From assembly GCF_006345805.1 (NCBI RefSeq), contig NC_043004.1, positions 92,008,001 through 92,072,000 of the forward strand: 64,000 bases of DNA. Reading direction: 5' to 3'. Positions 48,721-62,435 of this stretch are shown piece after piece. Under the pieces are notes generated by a model. It searched no databases. It was not told where the DNA came from and saw only the letters and a program-made list of their open reading frames with translations. Each line of letters opens with the position of its first letter. Positions within the stretch are counted from its first letter, which is position 1. A program made the translations under genes and the position numbers. This DNA comes from Octopus sinensis (lineage: Eukaryota).

Positions 48721-49207
48721 TTTTTAATAAGAGGTTGTGTGACGGACGGGACTGAAAAGCTTGAGGAAAGACATTTTCGATCAAGCTCTCACAGACTTTT
48801 TTGAAGTTCCACTTGGAAAGGAAAGTGAGGGTGGAGAGAAAAGTGATACCTCTCAGTGAATTTGTTAAAAGATGAGTGACTCTGGCAAAAATGTTTAGCG
48901 TGAATGCCCCTAATCTAGGTATGTGCCTGTAGATCAGAAGCAGTTGTGAGGGCTAGTGCCTTTGGTTGTCAGAGTAATCCTGGATCTGTGGAGGTTCCTT
49001 GACTGGCTCTTCTTGAAGTTTCTTCTGTATCGGAACTACATCATTCATGTTATTACACACTGTATACTGTATATCATCTTTATTGCATTTGACTGTCTTT
49101 TCCATTTCCTTCTCCCTATTTTTGTTTTTTTACCTAAATTCCTACACAAATTGTTTTCTGTCCTTGTGATGTCACTCTTATCTATGCCCCTGAAGCTAAT
49201 AAAAATT
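48721..49207 (+). mobile_element. Tx1-clade LINE 3' end
   Basis: RTGLKSLRKD...FLKFHLERKVRVERKVIPLSEFVKR* is homologous to the C-terminus at 12030-12192 (-); the 3' UTR ends at AATAAAA. Confidence 0.75.
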
Positions 49208-49217
49208 ACTATTGTCA

Positions 49218-49263
<46 letters not shown>

Positions 49264-49324
49264 GTTGTGTTGTTGTGTTGTTGTTGTTGTTGTTGTTGTT
49301 ATTATTATTATTATTATTATTATT

Positions 49325-49539
49325 CAGTAGTTTTATTTTTATATCGCGCTTTCACTTCACTACCGAGCGCAGCTCTGTGTGCCTTGGGTATGTGCTGTGA
49401 TTTGTTGTGATGCTCTGATGGTTATTGTATGAAAAGTGTTCTGCGTAGGATGTGTGCAGTGCCTAGTAGTGCAATTTTCTGTATGTTATATGTGTTTGTA
49501 AGTCCTGGTGTTTTTGTTATGTATTTGTCTGAATATTTT

Positions 49540-49545
<6 letters not shown>
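49325..49545 (-). mobile_element. R4/Dong-like LINE 3' end (family B) with (TAA)n tail
   Basis: The - strand reads KYITKTPGLTNTYNIQKIALLGTAHILRRTL, then a short UTR and (AAT)n. Confidence 0.75.
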
Positions 49546-49612
<67 letters not shown>

Positions 49613-49619
49613 GTTGTTG

Positions 49620-50935
49620 TTTGACCCGGATTCGGTAATATTCCTGGTAGGATTTATGTGAGTAACAATTACCTTAGGTAAACTTAGTTATCCACAAGTT
49701 TTCAGTAGTCTCTCAAGTGCTCAGAATCCTGCTGATAATTTTTGCTACCCCTAGAAACAAACTTTCTCTAGGAGCTCTACAGGGAATTCTATTCCAATCT
49801 TCAGCCATTTGTTGATATGGCTGCTTACTGTTTCCAAAGCAACACTTATTATAGGCACGACCTTTACAGTTTTCATACTCTAAACTCTTCCTATTTTAAA
49901 ATTTAAGGGATTGTATTTTTGTTTGTTTGTTTATCGTCGTCTTTCTTTACAATCCTGGGCCGATAAGTAAGCGACTTATCCTTATCTATTATTGTAATAA
50001 CCGGTCTATTATTTTCCAACTTCTTGTCTGTTTGAATAGGAAAATCCCACAAAATCATACATTTCTCCGACTCCAGTACACTTTCAACTCGATGATTGTA
50101 TCATGTGCTTCCAGCTTCAAATCCCCATTTCTGGAGGCACAACATGGTCATGCCTCCATTTCTTATATTCTTCCTGTGACAATTTGGTACATTCTTCCAC
50201 AATGTGTGCTTCTATCTCATTCCAAGTTCCATAGGCTCTACATTTTTCTGACACATTCTCTCCATATATATTTTCCTCAAGTTGTTTGTTTTTATCGCTT
50301 GATCTTGGGCTGCTACAGTTAGGATCACTATTTCTTTTTTTTAATTGTCCCTTTTACAAACAAACCTAGATTTTTGTTCCACAAACATCCTCAGCTGCTT
50401 TCCAATATTGGTCATGTAGAGATTTCTCTTCGATCTGCCTGACGTGCTCTCTTTTTATTTTATTCTTGTCCTTTTCTTCTATTACGCCCTTGATCACCTG
50501 TTCTTTAGTCACTGTAGTAAGTAGTTTTCCGTTTTGCTCTGTAAATACTCTACTGGGCATTTTTCTTTCCATCTGTGCACATTCTCCTACTGCTATTAAG
50601 CCTCTTCCACCCTGGTCTCTCATCAAGTACATCCAGTTGATATCAGCTTTCGGAGTCTTTCTAGCAAGTTTCTTTATATCGATTTTAGTCCCGTCTATAA
50701 ATCTAACTCCATATCTGATTAACAGTACAGCTCTTGAGTTTATAGCTTCAATAAGATTTTTTGAATTTAGTTTTGACTGCAATGATTTTCTCACTCTCCT
50801 TATGTACTCCCTACTGGTAATTTGTTTCATTTCCTTATTTTCAATTTCGTCCCCTTCTAGTATTCCTATGTACTTATACCACTATCCTTCTCAACCGCTC
50901 TCATTGTTTGCCCCTTTGGCATGTCAATTCCCTGT
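49620..50935 (-). mobile_element. R4/Dong-like LINE 3' portion (family A) with (TAA)n tail
   Basis: REYIRRVRKSLQSKLNSKNLIEAINSRAVLLIRYG, GGRGLIAV, AAQDQAIKTNN, EKC...E.EAHIVEECTKLSQEEYKKWRHD (zinc-knuckle remnant), MILWDFPIQTDKKLENNRP (RLE). Confidence 0.88.
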
Positions 50936-51281
50936 TTGTTTTCAATATTACTATTATTTCTATTATGAACACGAGAAGGGGAGTATTGTCGAGATTTTTG
51001 TTATCAATTCTTAAAGAACTCTGTCTCTGTCTCTCTTTCTTTCTTCACACACACACACACATATATTGTATTGCATTGTAAATAATATATATGCATAATA
51101 TACTGCGTATATGAACATGCACACACAGACACACAGACACACACACACACACCTTTCCTGAATCGCAAACACACACAAAATTAACTTTTCCTCGTGCCAA
51201 AGAAACCACAATAAATCTGGACTTTGATTCTTAAGAAAATATGATAATAATAATAAATAATAAATAATAATAATAATAATG

Positions 51282-51315
<34 letters not shown>

Positions 51316-51994
51316 TAATAATAATAATAATAATAGAAATAAAAAAAAAAAAAAAAATAATAATAATAATAATAATAATAATGATGATGATGATAATGAT
51401 GATGATGATAATAAGGAGAACAACAACAACAACAACAAGTTGACTGTCCCCCGACCAAAAACAACAACAACAATAAACACCTGAAAAGAATAGCAGAATT
51501 TCTAAATAAAAAAAAAAACAGAACAGGAAAGGGATTGTGGAAAAAAAAGAAAGAAAAAAGCCACAATACATCGACGAAGAGACCAATAAAAGAAATAGCC
51601 AAACAGCAACAATAAAAACAACAGCAACAACAAAAACAACAACAACAACTGCTCACACGCTACTCAGCAGCATTCCTGAAATGAATCAATGATAGCATAC
51701 TAAGCTGATTGCTTTGAAATCAATGCAGCAATGTGTAGCTAGGCTGACGTCGATTTCAGGTGAGGTTGATTAGATGTATAAATTCATAATTACTAGTGAT
51801 ATGGGGAAAGATTGTTTATGTTTTGGCTCTTTGTCAGTATCATTGTCTGTCTAGAAGTCCGTCAGGAAGGTAGGCTGTCGGGCTGGCTGTTAGACATGAT
51901 CGATATGGAAAACCCAGAAAAGCTGTAGTTTGGTGTAAACATATAAAGACTCAGACACACACCCACGCACATACGCACATAGACTCAAAGGTGT

Positions 51995-52049
<55 letters not shown>

Positions 52050-52093
52050 CATATATATATATATATATACATACATACATATACATATACGTA

Positions 52094-52129
<36 letters not shown>

Positions 52130-52132
<3 letters not shown>

Positions 52133-52385
52133 TCTTTTACTCTTTTACTTGTCTCAGTCATGTGACTGTGGCCAAGCTGGAGCACCGCCTTTAGTCGCGC
52201 AAATCGACCCCAGGACTTAATGTTTGTAAGCCTAGTACTCATTCTATCGGTCTCTTTTGCCGAACCGCTATGTTACGGGGAGGTAAATACACCATCATCG
52301 GTTGTCAAGATGTTGGGGGAACAAACAGAGGCACACAAACATAAACACACACACACACACGCACACACACACACACACACACACA

Positions 52386-52424
<39 letters not shown>

Positions 52425-52577
52425 GACGGACTTCTTTAAGTTTCCGTCTACCGAATCCACTCACATGGCTTTGGTCGACCCGAGGCTATAGTAGAAGACA
52501 CTTGCCCAAGGTGCCACACAGTGAGACTGAACCTGGAACCATGTAGTTCGTAAGCAAGCTACTTACCACACAGCCAC
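52130..52577 (-). mobile_element. SINE family 1, full length
   Basis: All modules present. Confidence 0.9.
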
Positions 52578-52645
52578 TACACCTATGTATATGTTTATAT
52601 CTATCTATCTATCTATCTATCTAACTGTCTGTCTATCTATCTATC

Positions 52646-52682
<37 letters not shown>

Positions 52683-53656
52683 GGCGGATATACACCACAC
52701 ATGATCACAAAAAGGCGTACAAATCACTCAAGACCTCTGCCTTCTCGTTTCCTTAACTCACACATGCACGCCTAGGCACACGTGCATTATTATACATACA
52801 CATATTCACATGTATAGTAATAATAAGCACTGAAAACGTAATTTGTGTCTAATGCTCTATAAAACTCGCTAGTGTTTCTTTAAAACGACTGCCATTATTA
52901 CGCAACGCAATTAGTAAAATTTCGTAATACAATCGATTCACGTGCGCAGCAAAATATACAAAGCATGGTGAGTTTCTTGCCCTGATATCTTCCAGCCAGA
53001 AAAATTCCGTTCAACATTATTGGGTGAAAGCGTGTGAAGTAGTAGTAGGGAGTTGATAGAAGATTAATAAATAAAAGATCGATGCTTAGAGAGCGCGGTA
53101 ACCAAACCTACTCTATAAATATTGAGGTAGGTACACATACATACATTTATACACGCTGGTAGCCATATACATAAGTACATAGTAGAGAGGAAATAACAAC
53201 AAAAATTACAACAATAGTAGCAATATTGCTGCTGTAACAATAGTTTGAACTTTCTGCAGAGCCTAAAACTTTGGTAAAGACATATTTACCGTGGAAAAGA
53301 GAAGGGGTGGAGGACGAAAGAGAAAGAGAGGGGAAGAAAGTGAGAGAGAGGGAGAGAAGGAGAGACAGTAAGAAAGAGAAAGAATGAAATATTACACAGA
53401 AGAGCGACAAATGAACATACGGAAAGATCGCACGACAGACGTGGACGTACTCATCTCTCATCAGTTATAGGTTAAAGTCATCACGATTTCGTGCTGTTAT
53501 CAAGAAGATATTCAATTTGGTGGTGTCAACATCAAAAGCTTCTGGAATAAGTGAGCGAATGTGAAGAATATAAAGGACGGTAACCAGAACGTAAACGAAC
53601 GATGAACGACGACAAAATAAGAACAAGGTATATTGGAAAACAATACAGGCAGTTGG

Positions 53657-53723
<67 letters not shown>

Positions 53724-53724
53724 G

Positions 53725-53793
<69 letters not shown>

Positions 53794-54718
53794 GTGTATA
53801 TGTAAAAAAATACAAACTGCGACAAGAACGCAAAACATTTAGAAGACGATACAAAAAATACGGACGGGACATTCGAAGCCTTCTAATGCCAAGCGCATTA
53901 GGTTCCTTGGAAGAAAGCCTCGAATGTATACAAAACAAGGACGATGTTACACGACTAAGAATACAAAAATACGTAAAAACAATAATGATAACACGAATAA
54001 GAATACAAAAATACGTAAAAACAATAATGATAATAATATATATATATATATGCTAGCTGAATAGCCTAACGTGGTCGGGCAAGTTTTGCAATGGAATGTC
54101 TTATATAAAATTTTGTTTATTCTATGCCAGACCATGCTTTCCCCATGAGATAGGCCTCTTGATCAGGTCAGATTTGTGCAATTTTTCTCAAAAGAACTTC
54201 GTTGAGGATTTTTTCCTTTTTAAATTATCTACATGTGTGTTTGACTGTTTCACATGACTTTATTCATTAGAATTTATTAAAACTTCAGAGGTTCTTACAA
54301 TTTTGGTCGTCGTAGTGCTTTGCTTTCGTTTTTTTAAAAATAAAAACTCCTCCTACTAATAATTTTGCTTTCATTTATGATAGACAGCTATCATGCTTAA
54401 AACGTCAGCTTCCAAATCTTGTTTTCTGATTAGATAAAATTGATCAAACTTTAAACCTCAGTAACATTTATCTGCAATTTTTCTGGAACAAATAAGTAAT
54501 AAAATCGGATTTGAAATGGAAAATTATTTCAATATGCCAAATTTGAAAATTTTGACATAATCTCACAATATGTAACAGCAACAGGGAAGACCCTACAAAA
54601 GTAGAGACAGGCAGTTATAGGACGTGACACGCATACATACACACACACACACACACATGTGCGCACATTTACAAATTACACACAGGTAACCACGAGTTTC
54701 AATTGGTGTATAGTAGAC

Positions 54719-54749
<31 letters not shown>

Positions 54750-54809
54750 TGTATGTATGTATGTATGTATGTATGTATGTATATGTATATATGTATATAT
54801 ATGTATATA

Positions 54810-55450
54810 TTATGTCAGGTCACTTTCGAGTGCTACTGGTAACATGTAACCCAGTACAACCAGTTGCATGGTCGGGCCGTCGGCGACTAAACCGGCAACC
54901 CCACCAAACTTGCTTGGTGAGGAGGGTGATTATTGGACACCCGCAGGATGAAAAACAAAACCCGTCAAAGGGCGGAGGAACTCTTGAGAGTCAACGGCCA
55001 TCCAATAAATGTCTTAAAGCTGTATCATGTGCGGGGACATAGAAATAATCGGACTGAATACCCGATCGCGCGGTTAAACCGTTGGGAGTGAAGGACTCCT
55101 AGCCTTTGTTAGGGCATCCTTCTAGGAGAAGGTAACTCAGGTAACAGGGATAACTCTGACATAAAACCTGCGGCTCAGTGGTTACCGATGATGTTAACTT
55201 GTTCTTCTTTTCGGATTATGGCTGCTGTTGCTTAGTGAGTGGGAATGACTCAGTGCACAGCCTTTCCTCACTTTAAAAAAAATTTTCTTGCACAGACATT
55301 GCACGATAACAACATTGTCCATGATTGTTGATGGTGCTGTGAGTCTCAACTGAATGGCTGGCTGTAGCCTTAAAAAGCAAATAAAAGTCACATTTGATCA
55401 CAGCACCAATAACAGTTAAGCTTCGTGCAATGGCCATACTCGATAACGAG
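54810..55450 (+). mobile_element. Probable 5' UTR remnant of an RTE-clade LINE
   Basis: GC-richer segment with GGCGACTAAACC and GGGCATCCTTCTAGGAGAAGGTAACTC...ATAAAACC, resembling RTE 5' UTR motifs as I recall them; no ORF follows. Confidence 0.45.
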
Positions 55451-55760
55451 GGGGCAACCATCATATATATGTATACATGTGTGTGTCTCTGTGTGAGTGT
55501 TTCTTTGCGATGGACGACAGAAAAACCACCATCTCCTCTCTCCTTAAAGCTACATATTCCTCACACTTACCTTTCTCTCCCTTCCTCGGCATTTTTAAAG
55601 TTACCTACGTGCACGAGTGTGTATGTGTGTGTGTGATCATGTGTATTTATATATTATCTCATAAATATATATCTCCACACATTTGTACCTCGCACACATG
55701 CACTCACATAAACAAGCAGTTATGCACCGAGCAATTTTACAATCGATTGAATGTACACAC

Positions 55761-55835
<75 letters not shown>

Positions 55836-56554
55836 TTAGAGATAAAACCACTATTATGCAAATCAAACAGTGAAAAACATAAGCCAATACATAAAATTAA
55901 TTTCAGAATATAAAAGTTTAAAAATTATTTAAATAATTTAAACTTATAAATTTTATATATATATACAAATATATATATATATGTATGTATGTATATTTTT
56001 ATATTTATATATTATTTTATTTATTAATTAATTAATTAATTTATTATTTTTTTTTATATATCAAAAGTATTAAAAGTTTAATAAAAGATACATTCATACA
56101 TATATACACCCTTGCACGCACACACGCACACATCTACATCTCCATACATACAAGGAAATATTCAATGTAAACATACGACAATTGCTTTTGGAAGTTAAAA
56201 ATGAATTGGCGAAAAAGTGTAATTATAATATATAATTGAATAAAATAGTTCACAATTGGCTTGGAAGTAGTAATTCAGTAATTTGTACCGAGAATTTTTG
56301 AAATACTCAATAAAATGGAACATAGTCAATGTGTGAGCAATCACAACTATAAAATTTATGGAGGAAACCATTATCGCAGATGTATCCAAAGTTACTCGCC
56401 CTAAAGCTTTAAACAATGAAGGACAATTTAGACAATACACAAAAGGATAAATAGGGTTCCAAATATTCTATCCTCTATGAAAAAAATACTTCACATGACC
56501 ATCACTTATCTGAAATCACTTATATAGTCTGATCGTGATTTCCCCTAAGTTGCT

Positions 56555-56598
<44 letters not shown>

Positions 56599-57145
56599 GG
56601 CGCTGCTGCTGCTGCTACTTCTGCTGCTGCTGCTACTCTTACTATACTGCTGTTACTACATATAGGGCAAGGATAAAGATTAGCGTATATAAATGTTTTG
56701 AGACCGTAATCTGAAGTGGCTAAACTCCATTTACTAACGAAGCATCTACGAGCTGCAAAAACTAGCAGCTAAGTGTATCACAAATCACATGTTACTATCC
56801 TTCATAATAGTTATCATCATCACATAAATATACATAAAGATACGTTGGTGCCCTTCTGCGGTGGTCTACTGAAGCTACAAATAGCCTAATTTCTCTCCAA
56901 ATCACATGTTTTACCGTTTTAAAATAAGATCATAATGTACTGAACATCACTATCGATGAACGTGTTCGCGCTAGTATGTATGTATGTATGTATGTATGTA
57001 TGTATGTGTGTGTATGTATGTATGTATGTATGTATGTATGTATGTATGTATGTATGTGTATGTATGTAAGTATGTATGTAAATACGTATGTGTGTGTATG
57101 GAGGGTATATGTATATATATATATTTATATGTGTGTGTGTGTGTG

Positions 57146-57177
<32 letters not shown>

Positions 57178-57545
57178 TGTATGTATGTATGTTTGTACAG
57201 CACATACATACATATATACATACAAACATACATACATACATACATACATACACACATATATATATATACATACACATATGGGAAATGAATACACGTTAAT
57301 TTATACAACCTCGAGCGAAAATGTTCTCAATTCCTTATGTAAAGTGCAATAAAACATCACAAATAATTCAAACAAAGAAACAGATGATATACTTTCATTG
57401 AGTTAAAGCAAATTCTCTCATTACAGATCGTACTTCTCTGCAAGTTTACTTATTGACTTGTAAACAAGCTTTTTGCAAAGTTGACTTGTTCAATGTTCAA
57501 GAATAGGAAATCAGAATTAGTAATGCAATTCAAGCATAGCTCTGC

Positions 57546-57651
<106 letters not shown>

Positions 57652-57851
57652 ATATATATATATATATATATTGCGAGGATGATCAGGTTCTTGACTGAAG
57701 ATAAAAGGCTTCGAATGACTCGTCCGTGTTTTTTTTGTATCGTTTATCTGGATGTTTTGCTGTCCCTTTTTGTATCACATAGTTGTCCGGATGATTTGCG
57801 TTCTTGTCACATTTTCTATTTTATTATATATATATATATATATATACATAT

Positions 57852-57903
57852 AAATGGCGGTGCCCCAGCATGGCCACAGCTTGTGAGCTGAAACTAGATA
57901 AAA

Positions 57904-57910
<7 letters not shown>
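57852..57910 (+). mobile_element. Isolated CR1-type 3' tail
   Basis: AAATGGCGGTGCCCCAGCATGGCCACAGCTTGTGAGCTGAAACTAGATAAAA, homologous to the end of the CR1 at 60158-60207. Confidence 0.7.
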
Positions 57911-57952
<42 letters not shown>

Positions 57953-58050
57953 AAGAAACTGAGGAAAAAAATCTTTCAAAAGGCTATGTTAAATATCCAA
58001 TTCACTGGTACGTCAGTTGGATACCATATAAATATTGGTATAATTCAATT

Positions 58051-59247
58051 ATAAAGATAAATTTAATATAGAGATATTCTATTGACAATCAAATAATTTT
58101 ACAATATTACAATATTACATTCAATACTACGAATATAGTTTATAATATAACATGATATATAACATAAATAACTATAAAAACCATAAAAGCCAACAAATTC
58201 TTTCGACTTATATACATATCTCTTCTGATATATATTTCTTATATATATTTCTTCCCGCAGTTTTATCATATATATAGTTAGTTCAGGGTCTTGGCTTTAG
58301 AAAAGAGGAAATTCAGTGTGAAAAGACGGTTTGATTGTAAAAATTAATTCAAATGACTGTGTTAAGAGCGTGAGCGTTAACTATTCAATCAGACATCAAT
58401 TACAATTATAAAAACAACAAAAAATACTTTAACGAACGATAAAATCAAGTAATTGCAATCCACAACCACCGAAATACACTTCATTACTACATCTCATACA
58501 CATATCAATTGAAACCCTTTTGTGTCCAAGACAGTCCCTTGTCATCACAACATACAACAAGATATGTGTGTATATAAATGTATATAATTAAGTATCTAAG
58601 TCTTCTAAATATAACTGCAACAAAGTTATATTGTGTGTGTGTATGTATGTATGTATGTATGTATGTATGTATGTATGTATGTATGTATGTATGTATGTAT
58701 GTATATGTATGTATGTATGGGGTATTTTGGTTACCGCATTAACTGTTTTAATACAATATTAGAAATAATTACGGAATCCTCCCTGCGATAAATTAAGTAA
58801 ACATAGATACTTAATTATATATATTTATGTACACACATATCTTATTGTTGTATGTGTGATGACAATAGACTATCTTGGACACAAAAGGGTTTCAATTGGT
58901 ATGTGTTTGAGATGTAATGAAGTGAATTTCGTTGATTGTGGATTGAACTTACTTGATTGTATCGTTCGTTAAAGTGTTTTTGTTGTTTTTTAATTTCGTC
59001 ATTGTCTAAAGCCAAGAGCCTGAAGTGACTATATACATAATGGAACTGTGATTAGGTATATCAGAAAAATATATATAAGTCAAAGCAATTTGTTGGCCTT
59101 TTATGGATTTTATAATTATTTATGTTATATAATATTATGTTATGTTATAAATTATATTCATAGTATTTAATGTAACATTGTAATATAAACCCAATAATAT
59201 ATATTATTGAGTTGTCAATAGAATCTCTATATTTAATTTATCTTTAT
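58051..59247. repeat. Diverged inverted pair of AT-rich PLE-LTR-like repeats (58051-58598 and 58804-59247)
   Basis: Arms are roughly 80% complementary by eye; the left arm has an extra ~90 bp; the spacer contains (TATG)n. Confidence 0.8.
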
Positions 59248-59291
59248 ATATAAATATATATATGAATGTATGTATATGTGCATGCGAATGC

Positions 59292-59349
<58 letters not shown>

Positions 59350-59351
59350 AA

Positions 59352-60207
59352 GTTTAATGCCTGAATATCCCAAGCTCTGCGCCACCAGCGCCCAGAACTG
59401 AACATAAAACTTAGAAGGTACATTGGCCCACAGGGGATTACAATCCCAGAACCTAATTCAGTGCGGGGCCTGGGTATCGATATGAGTGATGATACTTCTT
59501 CCCAAGAGCACGTTACTAAGATGGCCACAAAGTGCAGACGGCTTGTTGGCTGAACCCTGAAAACCTTCAGAGCCAGAGAGAAGAAAAACCTTAATGGTCC
59601 TCTGTAGGACATTCGCCTGGACTACTGCTCGCAGCTATGGTCACCCTACAGTGTAAAAATAACGATGGACCTTGAAGCAATTCAGCGAAGCTTTACAAAG
59701 CTGATCATCTCATTGCAACAGATCTGCTACTGGAAAAGGCTGAAGCAGCTAAGACTGTACTCCCTGGAGTGAAGGCGGGAGAGATATGCAGTAATATACA
59801 TCTGGAAGATCCTGGAAGGGATTGTGCCAAATTTTGGCATTGAAGGCTACACAAATGCCCGAACGGGTTGCCACTGCACAGCGCCAAATATCCCAGCAAT
59901 GCTGTCCTACTTCAGAACCCGTTACTGGAACAGCCTGGATTTCAGGGGCACACAGCTTTTTAATATCCTCCCAAAGAGCCTGAGGGACCTACAAAGTGGA
60001 AGTAGGTGTTTTCAAATCAAAACTGGATCTCTTCCTATCGAGTGTCTTAGATGAGCCTGCCTCACGGCAGGAGGTGCAAATGAGGGTATCCACATCAAAC
60101 TACCTTATTTACCAAACACCACATATCAGAGGAGGCTCTCAATAATAACAGTGTAGCAAAATGGTAGTACCCCAGCATGGCCTCAGCTTTGCGCTGAAAT
60201 TAATAAT
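59352..60207 (+). mobile_element. CR1-clade LINE, 3' part of ORF2 plus tail
   Basis: SVRGLGIDMSDD, RLDYCSQLWSPYSVK..MDLEAIQRSFTKLI, RLKQLRLYSLE*RRERY..IYIWKIL, QLFNILPKSLRDL; ends CCCAGCATGGCCTCAGCTTTGCGCTGAAAT(TAA)n. Confidence 0.9.
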
Positions 60208-60223
60208 ACACACACACACACAC

Positions 60224-60257
<34 letters not shown>

Positions 60258-60468
60258 CTTTGTATATCAAGACTAACACGCACTAGTACAACAGAGGAGT
60301 GAGGGGTATATATGGATGTTATGCATTTTATATATATCATGTCGCTTACACCGAATATAAGAAATATTTGCATATGTTTAACCTTTAAATATCATAGTCA
60401 ATCCGGTACATATATAAACACATCTATGCATGTACATACACACAAATACACATACACACACACGAACA

Positions 60469-60509
<41 letters not shown>

Positions 60510-60738
60510 TCATACATACACCGACATTATTTCTATACTCACTAATTAACGTACTCAGTTTACCACAAACACATTCACTCTTACACAAATATATATAGCA
60601 AAGATACACGCCAACCCAAGCATTCCTACAAACATTCCAGGCCGGTTTCTGGCCCATCATCCGTTTTGCCCCTGAGTAATACCCTCTCTCTCTCTTTCTC
60701 TCTCTCTCTCTCCCTCTCTCTCTCCCTCTCTCTCTCTC

Positions 60739-60811
<73 letters not shown>

Positions 60812-60929
60812 CTTTCCCTCTTTGTTCTATTGAAAAACCTGAAGATCTTGCTTTGTGCGGTTATGATCTCCACCCTTTTTGTCATTAGCTGGATCGATAG
60901 CTTCGTATCAATTGCAATATTACCACATG

Positions 60930-61630
60930 ACTCAATGGAGCTCTCTCTGTGCCTCTTCCTATGAACTCCCTTCCTTTTATACACCAATGACTTACCACAA
61001 CATCCAACCACACTCAGATTTACGCCTGATACTATATTTTATTCTACCTTAATTTTCACCAGCCACGAATCATTCACTCACAGGATACACACTACACATG
61101 AATCCCTCACTAACTCCACGAACAGAGCTCTCGAAAGCAATTTCCATGAAGAATGTGCCAATTCAAGAATAAGGAAACTCAAACGCTACCCATATAAAAG
61201 AAAAATAGCATCGCACCACACCCATACCATTAATCATGAGTAGCACTCAACTAAAATACCCCAAATCACTTCACTTGTCAAATCTCAAATTCATCGAGCA
61301 ACTCTCCTGGAGAAAGCCCATAAAAAGCGTAATCAGAGCAGTATCCCAATGACTGGCCCTTCGCTTCAGAATTAGTAGATGTTCCAGCCATCTAATTATT
61401 TATACTCTAGAAAGTCTAGCTAAAGCCCACAATGGACTGCTACATGCAGATATCGTAGACCACATCCAAAAGAGCGACACTAGTTGATTAAGTATAGTCA
61501 CTAATGGACACACTCATTCAATACTCCAGTCCCTGGCTCATACATGAGTCGACTTCTCTCTTTGACCTTACTGCGGATTATCTAATGGTTTCTATTCCCA
61601 AGTGTTGGCTCAGTTTTTGCCATCTCCGTC
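60930..61630 (+). mobile_element. Heavily decayed CR1/Jockey-group RT fragment
   Basis: PFLLYTNDLP, QIYA*, LSWRKPIKS and LQSLAH occur in the order expected for the C-terminal half of the RT. Confidence 0.55.
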
Positions 61631-61639
61631 AGGTATTGA

Positions 61640-61778
61640 GAAGGCACGTGACGTAGTGGCTAGAGTGTGAAACTAACAATCACAAGATCGCAGTTTCGCT
61701 TTCCGGAACGGGCAGTGCGTTGTGTTCTTGAGCAAGACACTTCATTTGACATCGCTCCAGTTCACTAAACTGTAAACA
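61640..61778 (+). mobile_element. tRNA/CORE-like SINE (type A) head
   Basis: GTGACGTAGTGGCTAGAG...GTTTCGCTTTCC...GTGTTCTTGAGCAAGACACTTCATTT...GCTCCAGTTCACT. Confidence 0.7.
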
Positions 61779-61925
61779 ATCTGCACATGGAAAGTGCTCT
61801 GCCTCTAGACCCAGTATGTAAAAGAAAACATACCAATCACACTCATATATATATATAAACTAAGATTTTTATAATTATGAAATTTGCTTCACCACATACC
61901 GAGATTTAGAAATAGCAGCCAAAAC

Positions 61926-61984
61926 TAGCTTTTTTTCTACCATAAGAAAATCTCCCAGATTTTCTTATGGTAGAGAAATAGCTA
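61926..61984. repeat. 59-bp hairpin (28-bp arms, 26/28 paired, CCC loop)
   Basis: Perfect inner 18 bp: TCTACCATAAGAAAATCT-CCC-AGATTTTCTTATGGTAGA. Confidence 0.9.
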
Positions 61985-62400
61985 TACTGCTAGTACATAT
62001 ATATACACACACACCTCTATAGAAGTGTAAAGCAATAAATGCTTGCATTCGTCGAGATACTGTGGATATACAAATTTATGTAAGGTATGTCGTAACTAAG
62101 ATATTTCTAGCATAACAATGAAATTCTATGTCTGTGCCCCACCCCGTTATATATACATATCATTCTTGATCTAACAAAAATACATATATACATGCACACA
62201 TACGTACGTACATATGTATATATATGTGTGAGTGTGGGTATGTTGGTGTGTGTGTATGTGTGTCTGTACATGCGTCTGCATATATATATATTTGCATATA
62301 TATAACAGACATTCATTACACACGCACAATATAAGTGTAATTATGTATATATGTAAATATATATACATGCGCACACATACACGTACACCTCCCCATAAAT

Positions 62401-62435
<35 letters not shown>

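Noticed and set aside
52935-52975. AAAGCATG|GTGAGT as a possible first coding exon with splice donor
   Set aside because: A single short motif with no supporting downstream exon or promoter evidence.
53415-53490. GTCCACGTC (HDV-like ribozyme L3 motif) and a nearby CTGATGA on the - strand
   Set aside because: No P1/P1.1/P2 partners found, and GAAA/CTGATGA lack a matching stem II.
57680-57830. CTGAAGA...GAAT repeat (homologue at about 53810-53885, -) as a hammerhead
   Set aside because: GAAT instead of GAAA and no convincing stems; kept only as a PLE-type repeat remnant.
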